A stretch of DNA of 64,000 bases from Candidatus Thalassarchaeaceae archaeon (GTDB lineage: Archaea; Thermoplasmatota; Poseidoniia; Poseidoniales; Thalassarchaeaceae). Positions within the stretch are counted from its first letter, which is position 1. Each line of letters begins with the position of its first letter. Shown here piece by piece: positions 40,937 through 49,407 of this stretch. The stretch is taken from positions 6,943 through 70,942 of the forward strand of contig JASLKH010000035.1 in NCBI GenBank assembly GCA_030747675.1, in the 5' to 3' direction. The notes under the pieces are model-generated. The model ran no database searches, was not told where the DNA came from, and saw only the letters and a program-made list of their open reading frames with translations. A program made the translations under genes and the position numbers.

Positions 40937-41047
40937 CCCGCCCGTAGGGCGGGATGCAATAGCCACCCATCACCACGCAACGGTCTTAAGGCTCGGTTCG
41001 GCGTCTTCCCCGTGCACATCGGACTCGATGTGGAGAGGTATCTGTAA
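40937..41047 (+). other. GC-rich structured intergenic element with two perfect 7-bp hairpins
   Basis: The first hairpin is CCCGCCC-GTA-GGGCGGG (40937-40953), immediately after the PRC stop. The second is CACATCG-GACT-CGATGTG (41015-41032), immediately before GGAGAGG and the next ATG. The spacer is GC-rich, unlike the other intergenic regions. Confidence 0.3.
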
Positions 41048-42715
41048 ATGAATCTCCCTAATATCGACCTCAAAACCGTATTGCGGTCAAAGAAAGTGAG
41101 GCGCAGTGGCCTGACTTTGGCATTTTACTTAGTTCTGGCTTTGCTCTTGTATAGTATTGTCAGTTCGTACCTAGTCGATGGTGAACCACACCTTTCCGCA
41201 TACGATGATGACTGGGACGACTTGTCCACTTTCAGAAATGATTTGATAGATATGGGAGTTGAAACTGGAAGTCTTGTTTCTTCTGCTGTTTTACTTGAAG
41301 AAATTGATAATCCGGAGGATACTGTATTTGTCATAACCGGAGTTGAACAGGATACAATTTCACTTCCGAGGTTTACAGGAGATACTGATGTGGTTCAATG
41401 GCAAGAATCTGAAGGATATACAACAACTGAAATTGAATCTATCTTTTCCTTTGTAGCAAAAGGTGGAACAATTATTGTCATGGATGATTTTGGTTGGTCT
41501 GGTGCACTTGCCGAAGCCTTTGGTCTACAATACAGTGGACACAGATTGTACGATGCTGAATCTTGGGCACGAGAACTGGATCACAATTATATTTGGATGA
41601 ATGTGACTGACCCTTACACATACACAACAATGGATATGTCGTCACAACACCCTTGTTTCTCAGACTCCGATGGTGATGGAATTATAGATAGATTAGATAA
41701 TCTCCCCAATAATCCCACAAACCCACAACAAATCACAGAAAGTGATGCCGGACTATGTGCACACCATTTAGAACAAAATGGAGATTGGAATTTTTCAACA
41801 AATTATAATGTTCTTCTCAACAGTCCATCTGCATTTGACAAGGATGCTGCAGAATTACAAACACAACGTCGATATGCAATAGGAACTTCTAGTCAAGATT
41901 CCTATCTTGATTCAAATAATGACGGTAACCTAACTGTAGGATTTGAAGGCGGTGGAGTGGAGAGTGATGAACAAGGACCTTTCACAATGGCTGTCAAAGT
42001 TTGTCAAAATGTGGATTGTGAGGAAAATGGGGGCATGCCAATGGGTCGAGCAATTTTCGTCACAGATGGTTCCGCTCTAATCAATGTCATTTATGATCAC
42101 GATGATGCAAATGAGGGCGACTATGGCAGTCTTGATGGAAAAGAAATTCCACTGAATGACAACCGGAAATGGATGCTAGACATGATTGCTGAATCGTTGT
42201 TATCACATGACAATTCGACTGATTCTAATGGAGAGCCCACTGGAGCTTCTGGCTCAGGAAAACAAGTTATTTTTGATGAAAGTCGTCATCAACAACCCAG
42301 TGCTATGGGAGATACATACAATCTAATTTACTACATATTGGTATACTTCACAAATGATTGGATGGCAATGCTATTCCTCTTTCTGGCTTTATTCATTACA
42401 TTTGAAGCAATTATCATTAAGAAAATTGACCCTGAACCATGGCGACATGTATTCAGTATTATTTACTATGGATTTGGAGACGCTAGGCGCTATGGCTATT
42501 ATGGGCGTGCAAACAAAGTAAAGCAAGTTTTACTTTCCAGAGTAAGGAATCTAAATTCTCTTACGAGAGATGAATTTGATGCTCTTCCCGCCAGAGAATT
42601 ACAAAGAATGATTGGTGATCCTGTACTAGTTAAATTCGTATTTGAGGATAGGAACTACAGTCTAGAACAATTAGTTGCAGTCGTAAAACGAGTCAAAATG
42701 TGGGGCCGAAAGTAA
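41048..42715 (+). CDS. Membrane protein with N- and C-terminal TM helices flanking a large acidic extracytoplasmic domain (DUF4350-like topology)
   Basis: The 555-aa ORF has an N-terminal TM (LTLAFYLVLALLLYSIVSSYL) and a C-terminal TM (WMAMLFLFLALFITFEAIII). The segments GGTIIVMDDFGWSG and KQVIFDESRH resemble DUF4350-family features. Its position upstream of DUF58 supports the call. Confidence 0.4.
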   Translation: MNLPNIDLKTVLRSKKVRRSGLTLAFYLVLALLLYSIVSSYLVDGEPHLSAYDDDWDDLSTFRNDLIDMGVETGSLVSSAVLLEEIDNPEDTVFVITGVEQDTISLPRFTGDTDVVQWQESEGYTTTEIESIFSFVAKGGTIIVMDDFGWSGALAEAFGLQYSGHRLYDAESWARELDHNYIWMNVTDPYTYTTMDMSSQHPCFSDSDGDGIIDRLDNLPNNPTNPQQITESDAGLCAHHLEQNGDWNFSTNYNVLLNSPSAFDKDAAELQTQRRYAIGTSSQDSYLDSNNDGNLTVGFEGGGVESDEQGPFTMAVKVCQNVDCEENGGMPMGRAIFVTDGSALINVIYDHDDANEGDYGSLDGKEIPLNDNRKWMLDMIAESLLSHDNSTDSNGEPTGASGSGKQVIFDESRHQQPSAMGDTYNLIYYILVYFTNDWMAMLFLFLALFITFEAIIIKKIDPEPWRHVFSIIYYGFGDARRYGYYGRANKVKQVLLSRVRNLNSLTRDEFDALPARELQRMIGDPVLVKFVFEDRNYSLEQLVAVVKRVKMWGRK

Positions 42716-42729
42716 CGAGGTGAGCAAAG

Positions 42730-43980
42730 ATGTGGACACGGAAAGCAGCGTTGATGCTAGCATCAGGTATTTCTCTTGTTCTAATTGGAATGATGATTGC
42801 AAACTTCGCATTAATGATTCTAGGGCTGATGTTTTGCTCATTCCTTGCTATCAATGGATGGGTCTCAGGACATGGGGATTTAGAAATCGTGCGTACTCTC
42901 TCTGCGGATAACCTCTACAAAGGAGACGATTTGTATGTTGAACTTGCAATCACCAATAACTCATTTCGAAGGACTCAACAAATTGAAGTCTTTGACAACG
43001 TCCCTCATGAAATGAAATTGCGTAGTGGATTAAATTACATGCGTGTTAATCTCGGACCTAACGAAACCACACGTATTCGTTATGTCCTACGGTGTCCTTT
43101 ACGAGGACACTATTCATTTGGCCCTGTATCCATCAGATATCGAAATACATTCAATTTGTTTAGCCAGGAGATGTATGTCGACCATCGCTCTGGGCTAATC
43201 GTCTTCCCTCAAGTTCGAGAAATTGAAGAAGCAATGATTCGTTCTCGTACCCCAAAAATGTACACTGGTGCAGCCACACTACGGACCCCTGGCCCTGGTA
43301 CCGAATTTTATTCATTGAGAGAATATGTACCTGGTGATCCATTCAAGATCATCAATTGGAAAGCATTTGCAAGAACTGGTGTAATGATGGTCAATGAAAA
43401 ATGTCGAGATGCTGTAACAGATGTTTTCATATTGCTAGATTCACGTGATGTTTCAAGAATCGGAACTGTTCTAAAAAACCCATTAGAAATGGGAACTATT
43501 GCTGCAGCCAGTTTGGCATCATATTTCATCAAAAGGCGTGATTCAATTGCACTGGCTGTATTTGATGATAAGCTATCTTACCTTCCTGCCGATGGAGGAG
43601 ATAAACAATATTTCAAAATTCTAAGTAGCCTGGCAGGTGTTGCTCCTCGTGGCAATATGCCTTTACAGGCAGTTACCAATGCATTAGCACCAAGGTTCAG
43701 TCGTGGAAGCCCTGTTTTCATTATCAGTAGTTTAGAGGGCGATGGAACGGTACCTCATGCAATCCGGGATCTTGCTGGAAGAGGGCATGAAGTAGTCATA
43801 TTATCGCCAAGTAGTATTGACTACGAGAGGTTAGTTAGTCGGATACCCCGGATGTCATATGAAGTCATGAAACTTGAGCGCCAGAATCGTCTTTCTGCTG
43901 TTGCAGGTTATGGAGCACGTGTAATTGATTGGATGCCTGATGTAGAACTATCTCAGGCACTCCTTCAGGTGAAAATGTGA
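42730..43980 (+). CDS. DUF58-family protein (MoxR/VWA-system associated)
   Basis: The diagnostic DUF58 motif REYVPGDPFKIINWKAFARTG is present, followed by a VWA-like region (VFILLDSRD). Two TM helices are N-terminal. GAGGTGA lies before the ATG. Confidence 0.7.
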   Translation: MWTRKAALMLASGISLVLIGMMIANFALMILGLMFCSFLAINGWVSGHGDLEIVRTLSADNLYKGDDLYVELAITNNSFRRTQQIEVFDNVPHEMKLRSGLNYMRVNLGPNETTRIRYVLRCPLRGHYSFGPVSIRYRNTFNLFSQEMYVDHRSGLIVFPQVREIEEAMIRSRTPKMYTGAATLRTPGPGTEFYSLREYVPGDPFKIINWKAFARTGVMMVNEKCRDAVTDVFILLDSRDVSRIGTVLKNPLEMGTIAAASLASYFIKRRDSIALAVFDDKLSYLPADGGDKQYFKILSSLAGVAPRGNMPLQAVTNALAPRFSRGSPVFIISSLEGDGTVPHAIRDLAGRGHEVVILSPSSIDYERLVSRIPRMSYEVMKLERQNRLSAVAGYGARVIDWMPDVELSQALLQVKM

Positions 43981-43993
43981 GAGGTGAAACTAT

Positions 43994-45245
43994 GGCAGAT
44001 GATGTTCAACCTCAAGCAGAAGGGATGACTACACTACATCTTCGTGCTTTACGTAAAGATTGGCGCGTCGTTGGTTTGCAAATGGTCGCAAGTCTTGCTT
44101 TAATTTGGCTATTCCTTACGATGACTCAAGTTTTTGGAAGTTGTCATCCTTCTTATGAAGACCAAGGAGCATGGTGTCCAGCACTAGATCATACTCTCAC
44201 TCTGGATACGATGGATGAATATCTTGAAGACGCTGGTGGTGATTTCTCTGAATTACCAATACCTGACTGGATGACTGGACAAGGCAACGATGGTGATGGC
44301 CGTTACCTTATGCCAATTTTCATCATGCTAACTATCGCAGCAGGATGGGTTTTACTAAATTTTCAAGCTCCAAAATTACGTCGTAAAATTACCTTAGGTG
44401 TACTTGGGGGTTTAATTTTCTTCTTAGCGGGAATGTTTCTATTAACTTGGACATTTGGAATGTTAACTAGTTTTGATCTCTATTTACCATTTGGCCATAG
44501 CGATGAATCGATGAATCACGCCAATAGATTAGTGTGGCCGTTAGCAGTGTATATTGAATCACTTATTGTGGTTCTAATATTATCACCTGTCCTCTTTGGA
44601 TTGATGGGGATTTGGGGTTTATCAAAACGAATGATAAATTGGTCTGTCGCTGTGATGCTAATTTATCTCGCTCTATACGCTCTTCTCTCTTATGAAGGAG
44701 TAGTCAATCAATTGGCAGATAGTTCAGACCCGTACAAACCGGGGCTAAATCCCTTACCAACTCAAATTGGAGAAGCAGATACCCTTGGAGGCTTAATCTC
44801 CGGAGAAATTTGGAGTCTTCTTCTCATCGCAATTCTATTGATGGTTTATTCAGAGACTGCACATGCAATAATTCGATTCTTGGAGTATGCATTCCGTCTA
44901 CCTGAATCGTGCAAAAAAGACCCAGAATACGTAGGGCAATTCAAAAATTTGTTAAACAGTCACATGCAACACACTGTGGTGATTATGTTTGCGATGGCTT
45001 TTGTCACAATGCTTGCACTAAAATTTGATGATTTAATAATTGAAGTTGTCTCTTGGGTGGGTTCAGGTCAGTGGAGTGGGCAAGTAAAAGATTCGCTTGA
45101 ACTCAGATTGGTATATGGGAAAGTAATCTCAGCAATGCTTTTCCTGACTTTCGTTGCAGGTATGCGCTATGTGGTTCCATGGCAACGTGTTGCTGGAATG
45201 GTTGAAGCGGCTATTCGTAAAACTAAAGGTAATTCCAATCCCTAA
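43994..45245 (+). CDS. Polytopic integral membrane protein (about 8 TM), third gene of the DUF58 cluster
   Basis: The 417-aa ORF has many hydrophobic helices. I trimmed the start from 43977 to the ATG at 43994 (GAGGTGA 5 nt upstream). Confidence 0.45.
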
Positions 45246-45529
45246 TTGCGCCTAATATGAATTGCATTGATTAGGCGCCCAAACGCTTCAGAAATAATCA
45301 GTATCGCAATTGGTAAGCCACAAATTGTGGTTGTCCAAATCAGGTAGTTAGCCCAATTACTATCATTCCATAACCAAATTCCTGCATAAACAGCAGAACA
45401 GAAAGTGAGGACAAAGGCTAATTTTTCCACTACATGTGGGTAGGCGCGACCACGGTATTCAGTTCGACCAATTAAAGTCCCTGCTCCTTGAGCCGCGTCC
45501 ATTGGAGACTGAGGCGTCTCATCCATCAT
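45242..45529 (-). CDS. Small membrane protein (2 TM)
   Basis: The ORF is 95 aa after trimming the start to the ATG at 45529. It lies 8 nt downstream of the giant coiled-coil gene on the same strand. Confidence 0.35.
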   Translation of the reverse strand: MMDETPQSPMDAAQGAGTLIGRTEYRGRAYPHVVEKLAFVLTFCSAVYAGIWLWNDSNWANYLIWTTTICGLPIAILIISEAFGRLINAIHIRRN

Positions 45530-45536
45530 TTTCACC

Positions 45537-48500
45537 TCAGAAATCAAGATCCGAAAGTTCTCTTTCCAAGTCATCAAGCGCATCTCTATGTTCAGGATTT
45601 GCTGGAGGTGGTACACCATTTTCTGTTGATTCTCTTAAATCAGCAGAGGCATCGACTTTAGATAACTCAACATCAATTTGTGCCATTAATTCAACTTCTG
45701 AAGGAATTCCAGGGGCATCTACAGGTACAAGGCCTGCAGAAATCCGAGTTGAGATATCAATGCCATCGTTTTCAGCAGCTTCCTCAATTGGTTCCCACGT
45801 TGAATTTGATGCAGGTGCTTGCTTAACATCTGAATTAGGAACTGCCGTAGAGGCACTTGAGGTGACCATATCTGGAACAATTACTACAGGTGTATCTTTC
45901 TCAATTGGATTCATTTGAATCACAGCATCATTGTTAATCTCTGGTGTTTCATGACGGGCCAAACCATCCGCCTCAAACGGAAGGCTTCCCGTACGTTGGA
46001 ACGACCAAATTGCCCCCACTGGTTCATCACCAGATAGTCCTGCAACATCCAGCCTTCGTAGTAACTGTTCCAACACCTCAACAGTTTCTGCTAAACCAAC
46101 AGCATCTCCTGCATTCCTGCGATCAGCATCAAGATATATTTCATCTAATGAACGTTGAATCATTCTGCGTACTTCAACTGAAAGGTGAGGTAATGCTTCA
46201 GGCATATGACTAAATCGTTCCAATGGCTTAATCTCCTCTGCTGGTAAACCAAGATCAACTAGGCCTCGAAGTACCTCTTCTAATTGGGTTAACATTGTTA
46301 CTGAAGTCTCATATTCATCAAGGAGACCTTCAAGATCAATAACAACATGCTGCACAGTTTCTGCCAATTGATGCTCGAGTCGAGATTGCACACTCCACCG
46401 TGTCAACCCACGCACCGTATTTGCTGTTTCGGGGGCCTGACGTTCAAGTAAATCCATGACCTCAGTTGAAAGAAGATAACGCGGTGTTCTTGCTACTTCG
46501 TCGACACTGTGTTGAATTATGCTAAGTGCGCGCTCAACTGCTCTGTCCAATAATACAATGCTGTATCCTCGACTCCTTGCATTTGCCATACGATTCAATA
46601 CTGGTTCAAGACCTGAAAGGCCACGGTCATCACCAAGTAATGCTTGAGCGAGGGGTTCTTCCGAGAGGCGAGCTCGAATTTTATCTGCTTCCTGTAAATC
46701 AACTAAGGCCAATTCATGCGCTTCTTCCAAATCTTCAGCTTGTTCTAACAACATTCTTAATTCAGTTTCAGATTGAGCTTTACGTGCATCTAAATCCCCT
46801 AATTCACGTAATAGTAAGCGTCTTTCTTCCATCATTTCTCGCAATTCTGATTGCATTATCGTTGATTTTCTCTCTGAATCAGATAAGCGCCCTCTTTCCT
46901 CTTCCATTAATCGACGATGAGCATGAGATTCAGCCTCCAAATCTCCAAGTTCGGCTCGTTGTGATTCTATGCGACGTTCAGTTTCATCCAATTCTGCTTG
47001 TCCTAAACGATGCCTATCTCTTTGGGCACCGACCTGTTCTGTGAGAACTCTTTGCAAGCGTTCATCATGATCTAATGATTTTCGCACCTCGTCCAAACGT
47101 GTATCTGCAGCAGAAAGTTCCGATTTCACGCGTGCTTCTTCTTCGGATAACTCTCGTAAATCTTGAAGCAAGGATTCTCGTGAATCAAATTCACCGAGGG
47201 CACTGGCTAACTCTTCAGCCCTTTTTCCAACCATATGCTCTAATTCAGCAACTCGTTTCGATAGCCTATCGGATAATGATGTCGCTTCATCTGATGAACC
47301 CTCAGCTGAGCGAATTCTTGCAGTCAAATCATCAATATCTCTATGCAAAGAACTTCGCTCGTCTCTTGATTCTGATAAAGAATTCTCCAAGTCATGCATC
47401 GTTTCTCTAGCATCATCTCTAGACGAGCGTGCATCTGATAATTCCCTTTCCAAACGTGCCTTCTCACGCTCTAAGGATATTCTCGAATGCTCAAGTTGTT
47501 CTAACCGCTGCTTGAATTCACCAGATGCTGGAGTCAATACTTTCCCTTTTGGACCTGGCATTAATTTGGCAGTTCCTGAACCAGCTTCAATCATTTTCCA
47601 GGACGTACGGCCTACTTCCATCGCTTCAACTCCGAGTGCAAAGCCAAAGAGTGCATCTAGACGATTTGAAAGTAATTTCTTACGATCTTCAGATCGAGTA
47701 CGTGAGTTTGTAATTGCATCAACAAGGTGGGCTAAAGACCAGTCCTCAACAGTGGATCCAGCTAGTCCGAGACGTGAGCCTCTATCTAATCGATGAAGTC
47801 GTAACCTTCGAGTAGATGCAGTCATGGAATGTACTGAGTCTGACAATGTCGCCCCTAATGATTCACGTATTCCTGATGGGACTCCATCAATCAAAACTAT
47901 TGATATTGAATCATCTGAATCACTCATTGATTCTAAATGCCCAGTGATTTTGTCTTCATCAGAAATTCGAAGCATGGATATTAATTGATCAATTCCACTT
48001 TTACTTTCCTTTACAATGAAACCTTCGGAAAGTTCACCACCTTCTGTAATTACGTCATCTGGTTCACCAACGACTAAACTAGCAGCATTGGACAATACTG
48101 CATATCCATCCGCTGAATGGCGACACCATAGACCTACGATTGCTTGACCTGTCTCAGAAAAAATTAGTTGCCCTTTATCTAGGCGTATGCTTGCAGATAA
48201 TGGATCTGATTGTCCGAACTCTGAAGCCATACTGCGAAGTGCATTCATTCTCTCTTGACCTGTTTCAGCTAATCCCTGTGGGGTGCTAGGCAAATTGCCT
48301 GAATTATGAATCAAAACACCGTCTTCAAATGCAAGTGCACCCATGATTTCATCTGATTCTGTCAGTTTATCGACGAGTAAAGCAATGTCCTTTGTATCTA
48401 CAGGTAAGGCCGCTGCCCCTTGAGCAAGTAAAGAGGCCACATCTGTTGGATCAGGGAATGCCTCAGGGATTCTCTGAGCCACTTCAGTAAATTGCATTAT

Positions 48501-48773
48501 CGACCAAATGGCTCCCCGTGCACGTAAATCATGACCGTCTGATATTTCCAACAACCTCGCTTTAGCAGCCATCCCAGCAACAAAAGTTTGCTTTGCTTCT
48601 GCTTCCGCTAACCACCCTACAACTCGTCCACCGTGAACTAGGCAATGGGCTGATGCTGTTTTTGCTCTGGATTTATAGTGTGAGACGACGCCTGTTTCAA
48701 ATGGCATTTGTGTCTGAATAACACTCAAATCAGCTTCTGGATCGACTGGGTCACCTGGTGGTAAATTAAACAT
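45537..48773 (-). CDS. Giant protein (1078 aa): N-terminal Roadblock/LC7-like repeats, a long central coiled coil and an acidic low-complexity C-terminus
   Basis: Three or four repeats in the N-terminal ~400 aa match the Roadblock pattern (hydrophobic-G-x-hydrophobic ... DG, LGxG...L.V; for example MGALAFEDGVLIHNSG...LSASIRLDKGQLIFSETGQAIVGLWCR). Residues ~420-700 are heptad-like and E/R/L/D/S-rich (LERELSDARSSRDDARETMHDLENSL...). No Walker A or GTPase G1 motif was found. Confidence 0.5.
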   Translation of the reverse strand: MFNLPPGDPVDPEADLSVIQTQMPFETGVVSHYKSRAKTASAHCLVHGGRVVGWLAEAEAKQTFVAGMAAKARLLEISDGHDLRARGAIWSIMQFTEVAQRIPEAFPDPTDVASLLAQGAAALPVDTKDIALLVDKLTESDEIMGALAFEDGVLIHNSGNLPSTPQGLAETGQERMNALRSMASEFGQSDPLSASIRLDKGQLIFSETGQAIVGLWCRHSADGYAVLSNAASLVVGEPDDVITEGGELSEGFIVKESKSGIDQLISMLRISDEDKITGHLESMSDSDDSISIVLIDGVPSGIRESLGATLSDSVHSMTASTRRLRLHRLDRGSRLGLAGSTVEDWSLAHLVDAITNSRTRSEDRKKLLSNRLDALFGFALGVEAMEVGRTSWKMIEAGSGTAKLMPGPKGKVLTPASGEFKQRLEQLEHSRISLEREKARLERELSDARSSRDDARETMHDLENSLSESRDERSSLHRDIDDLTARIRSAEGSSDEATSLSDRLSKRVAELEHMVGKRAEELASALGEFDSRESLLQDLRELSEEEARVKSELSAADTRLDEVRKSLDHDERLQRVLTEQVGAQRDRHRLGQAELDETERRIESQRAELGDLEAESHAHRRLMEEERGRLSDSERKSTIMQSELREMMEERRLLLRELGDLDARKAQSETELRMLLEQAEDLEEAHELALVDLQEADKIRARLSEEPLAQALLGDDRGLSGLEPVLNRMANARSRGYSIVLLDRAVERALSIIQHSVDEVARTPRYLLSTEVMDLLERQAPETANTVRGLTRWSVQSRLEHQLAETVQHVVIDLEGLLDEYETSVTMLTQLEEVLRGLVDLGLPAEEIKPLERFSHMPEALPHLSVEVRRMIQRSLDEIYLDADRRNAGDAVGLAETVEVLEQLLRRLDVAGLSGDEPVGAIWSFQRTGSLPFEADGLARHETPEINNDAVIQMNPIEKDTPVVIVPDMVTSSASTAVPNSDVKQAPASNSTWEPIEEAAENDGIDISTRISAGLVPVDAPGIPSEVELMAQIDVELSKVDASADLRESTENGVPPPANPEHRDALDDLERELSDLDF

Positions 48774-48775
48774 GT

Positions 48776-49117
48776 TTATGCCTCGATTAAATCTTCAATT
48801 ATGGGGTTCAGTGCTTGTGCTTCATGGCGAAGTCTGCCGATGGGAGTAGTTACTGAAGATGCAATCCATATACTGCCACCTCCACGTAGTGTACTTACAA
48901 CTCGTCGTTTGTTTTCAGATTCAAGCCAAAGTTGATCAATTACTCCTAAATTCAGAACTGATGCCATGCGTGCTGCATCGTGCAATAATTCAGCGTATAG
49001 CGCACCAACTGGTGGCTTTTCTCCTGTCGTAACTACTGGTGTGCCATCTGCATTCAAAATAGAAGCACCATTCACACCCTCGATTTCATCAAGAGTTGAT
49101 AACAATCTATTGAGCAT
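48776..49117 (-). CDS. Roadblock/LC7 (MglB-like) domain protein
   Basis: The 113-aa ORF fits the Roadblock pattern (LLSTLDEIEGVNGASILNADGTPVVTTGE...GVIDQLWLESENKRRVVSTLRGGGSIWIAS). I trimmed the start to the ATG at 49117 (GAGGGG 4 nt upstream). It is 3 nt upstream of the giant coiled-coil gene. Confidence 0.6.
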   Translation of the reverse strand: MLNRLLSTLDEIEGVNGASILNADGTPVVTTGEKPPVGALYAELLHDAARMASVLNLGVIDQLWLESENKRRVVSTLRGGGSIWIASSVTTPIGRLRHEAQALNPIIEDLIEA

Positions 49118-49407
49118 TGGACCCCTCAAAATCATTTGAGGATGAAATTGAGTTCAAGAACTTGTCCCAATTCGGCCCCTAAGGGGGCCGTTTCTAGAGG
49201 GGTTTCAAATCGCCAACTGAAATGCGGGTTTTTTCGAATTAAAGTCGTTTATTGATCCTTCAATATTAGGCTATCGAAGTTTTTAGACTGGCTCATATCG
49301 AGATTTTCGACTTTGATAAATTTCTAATTGTAAATTTAAAAAGTCAATTGGTAAATTATTCTCAAAACCATAGTTGATTTGAAGAATAGAACCACTTCGC
49401 AGGATTT

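Noticed and set aside
41048-45245. A MoxR AAA+ ATPase within the DUF58 cluster
   Set aside because: None of the three cluster proteins has Walker A or B motifs. The only AAA+ protein nearby is Cdc48.
45537-48773. Hidden GTPase or ATPase domain (SMC, MglA or dynamin-like) in the giant coiled-coil protein
   Set aside because: No Walker A or G1 (GxxxxGK[ST]) and no ABC signature were found in the translation. GPKGKV is not a P-loop context.
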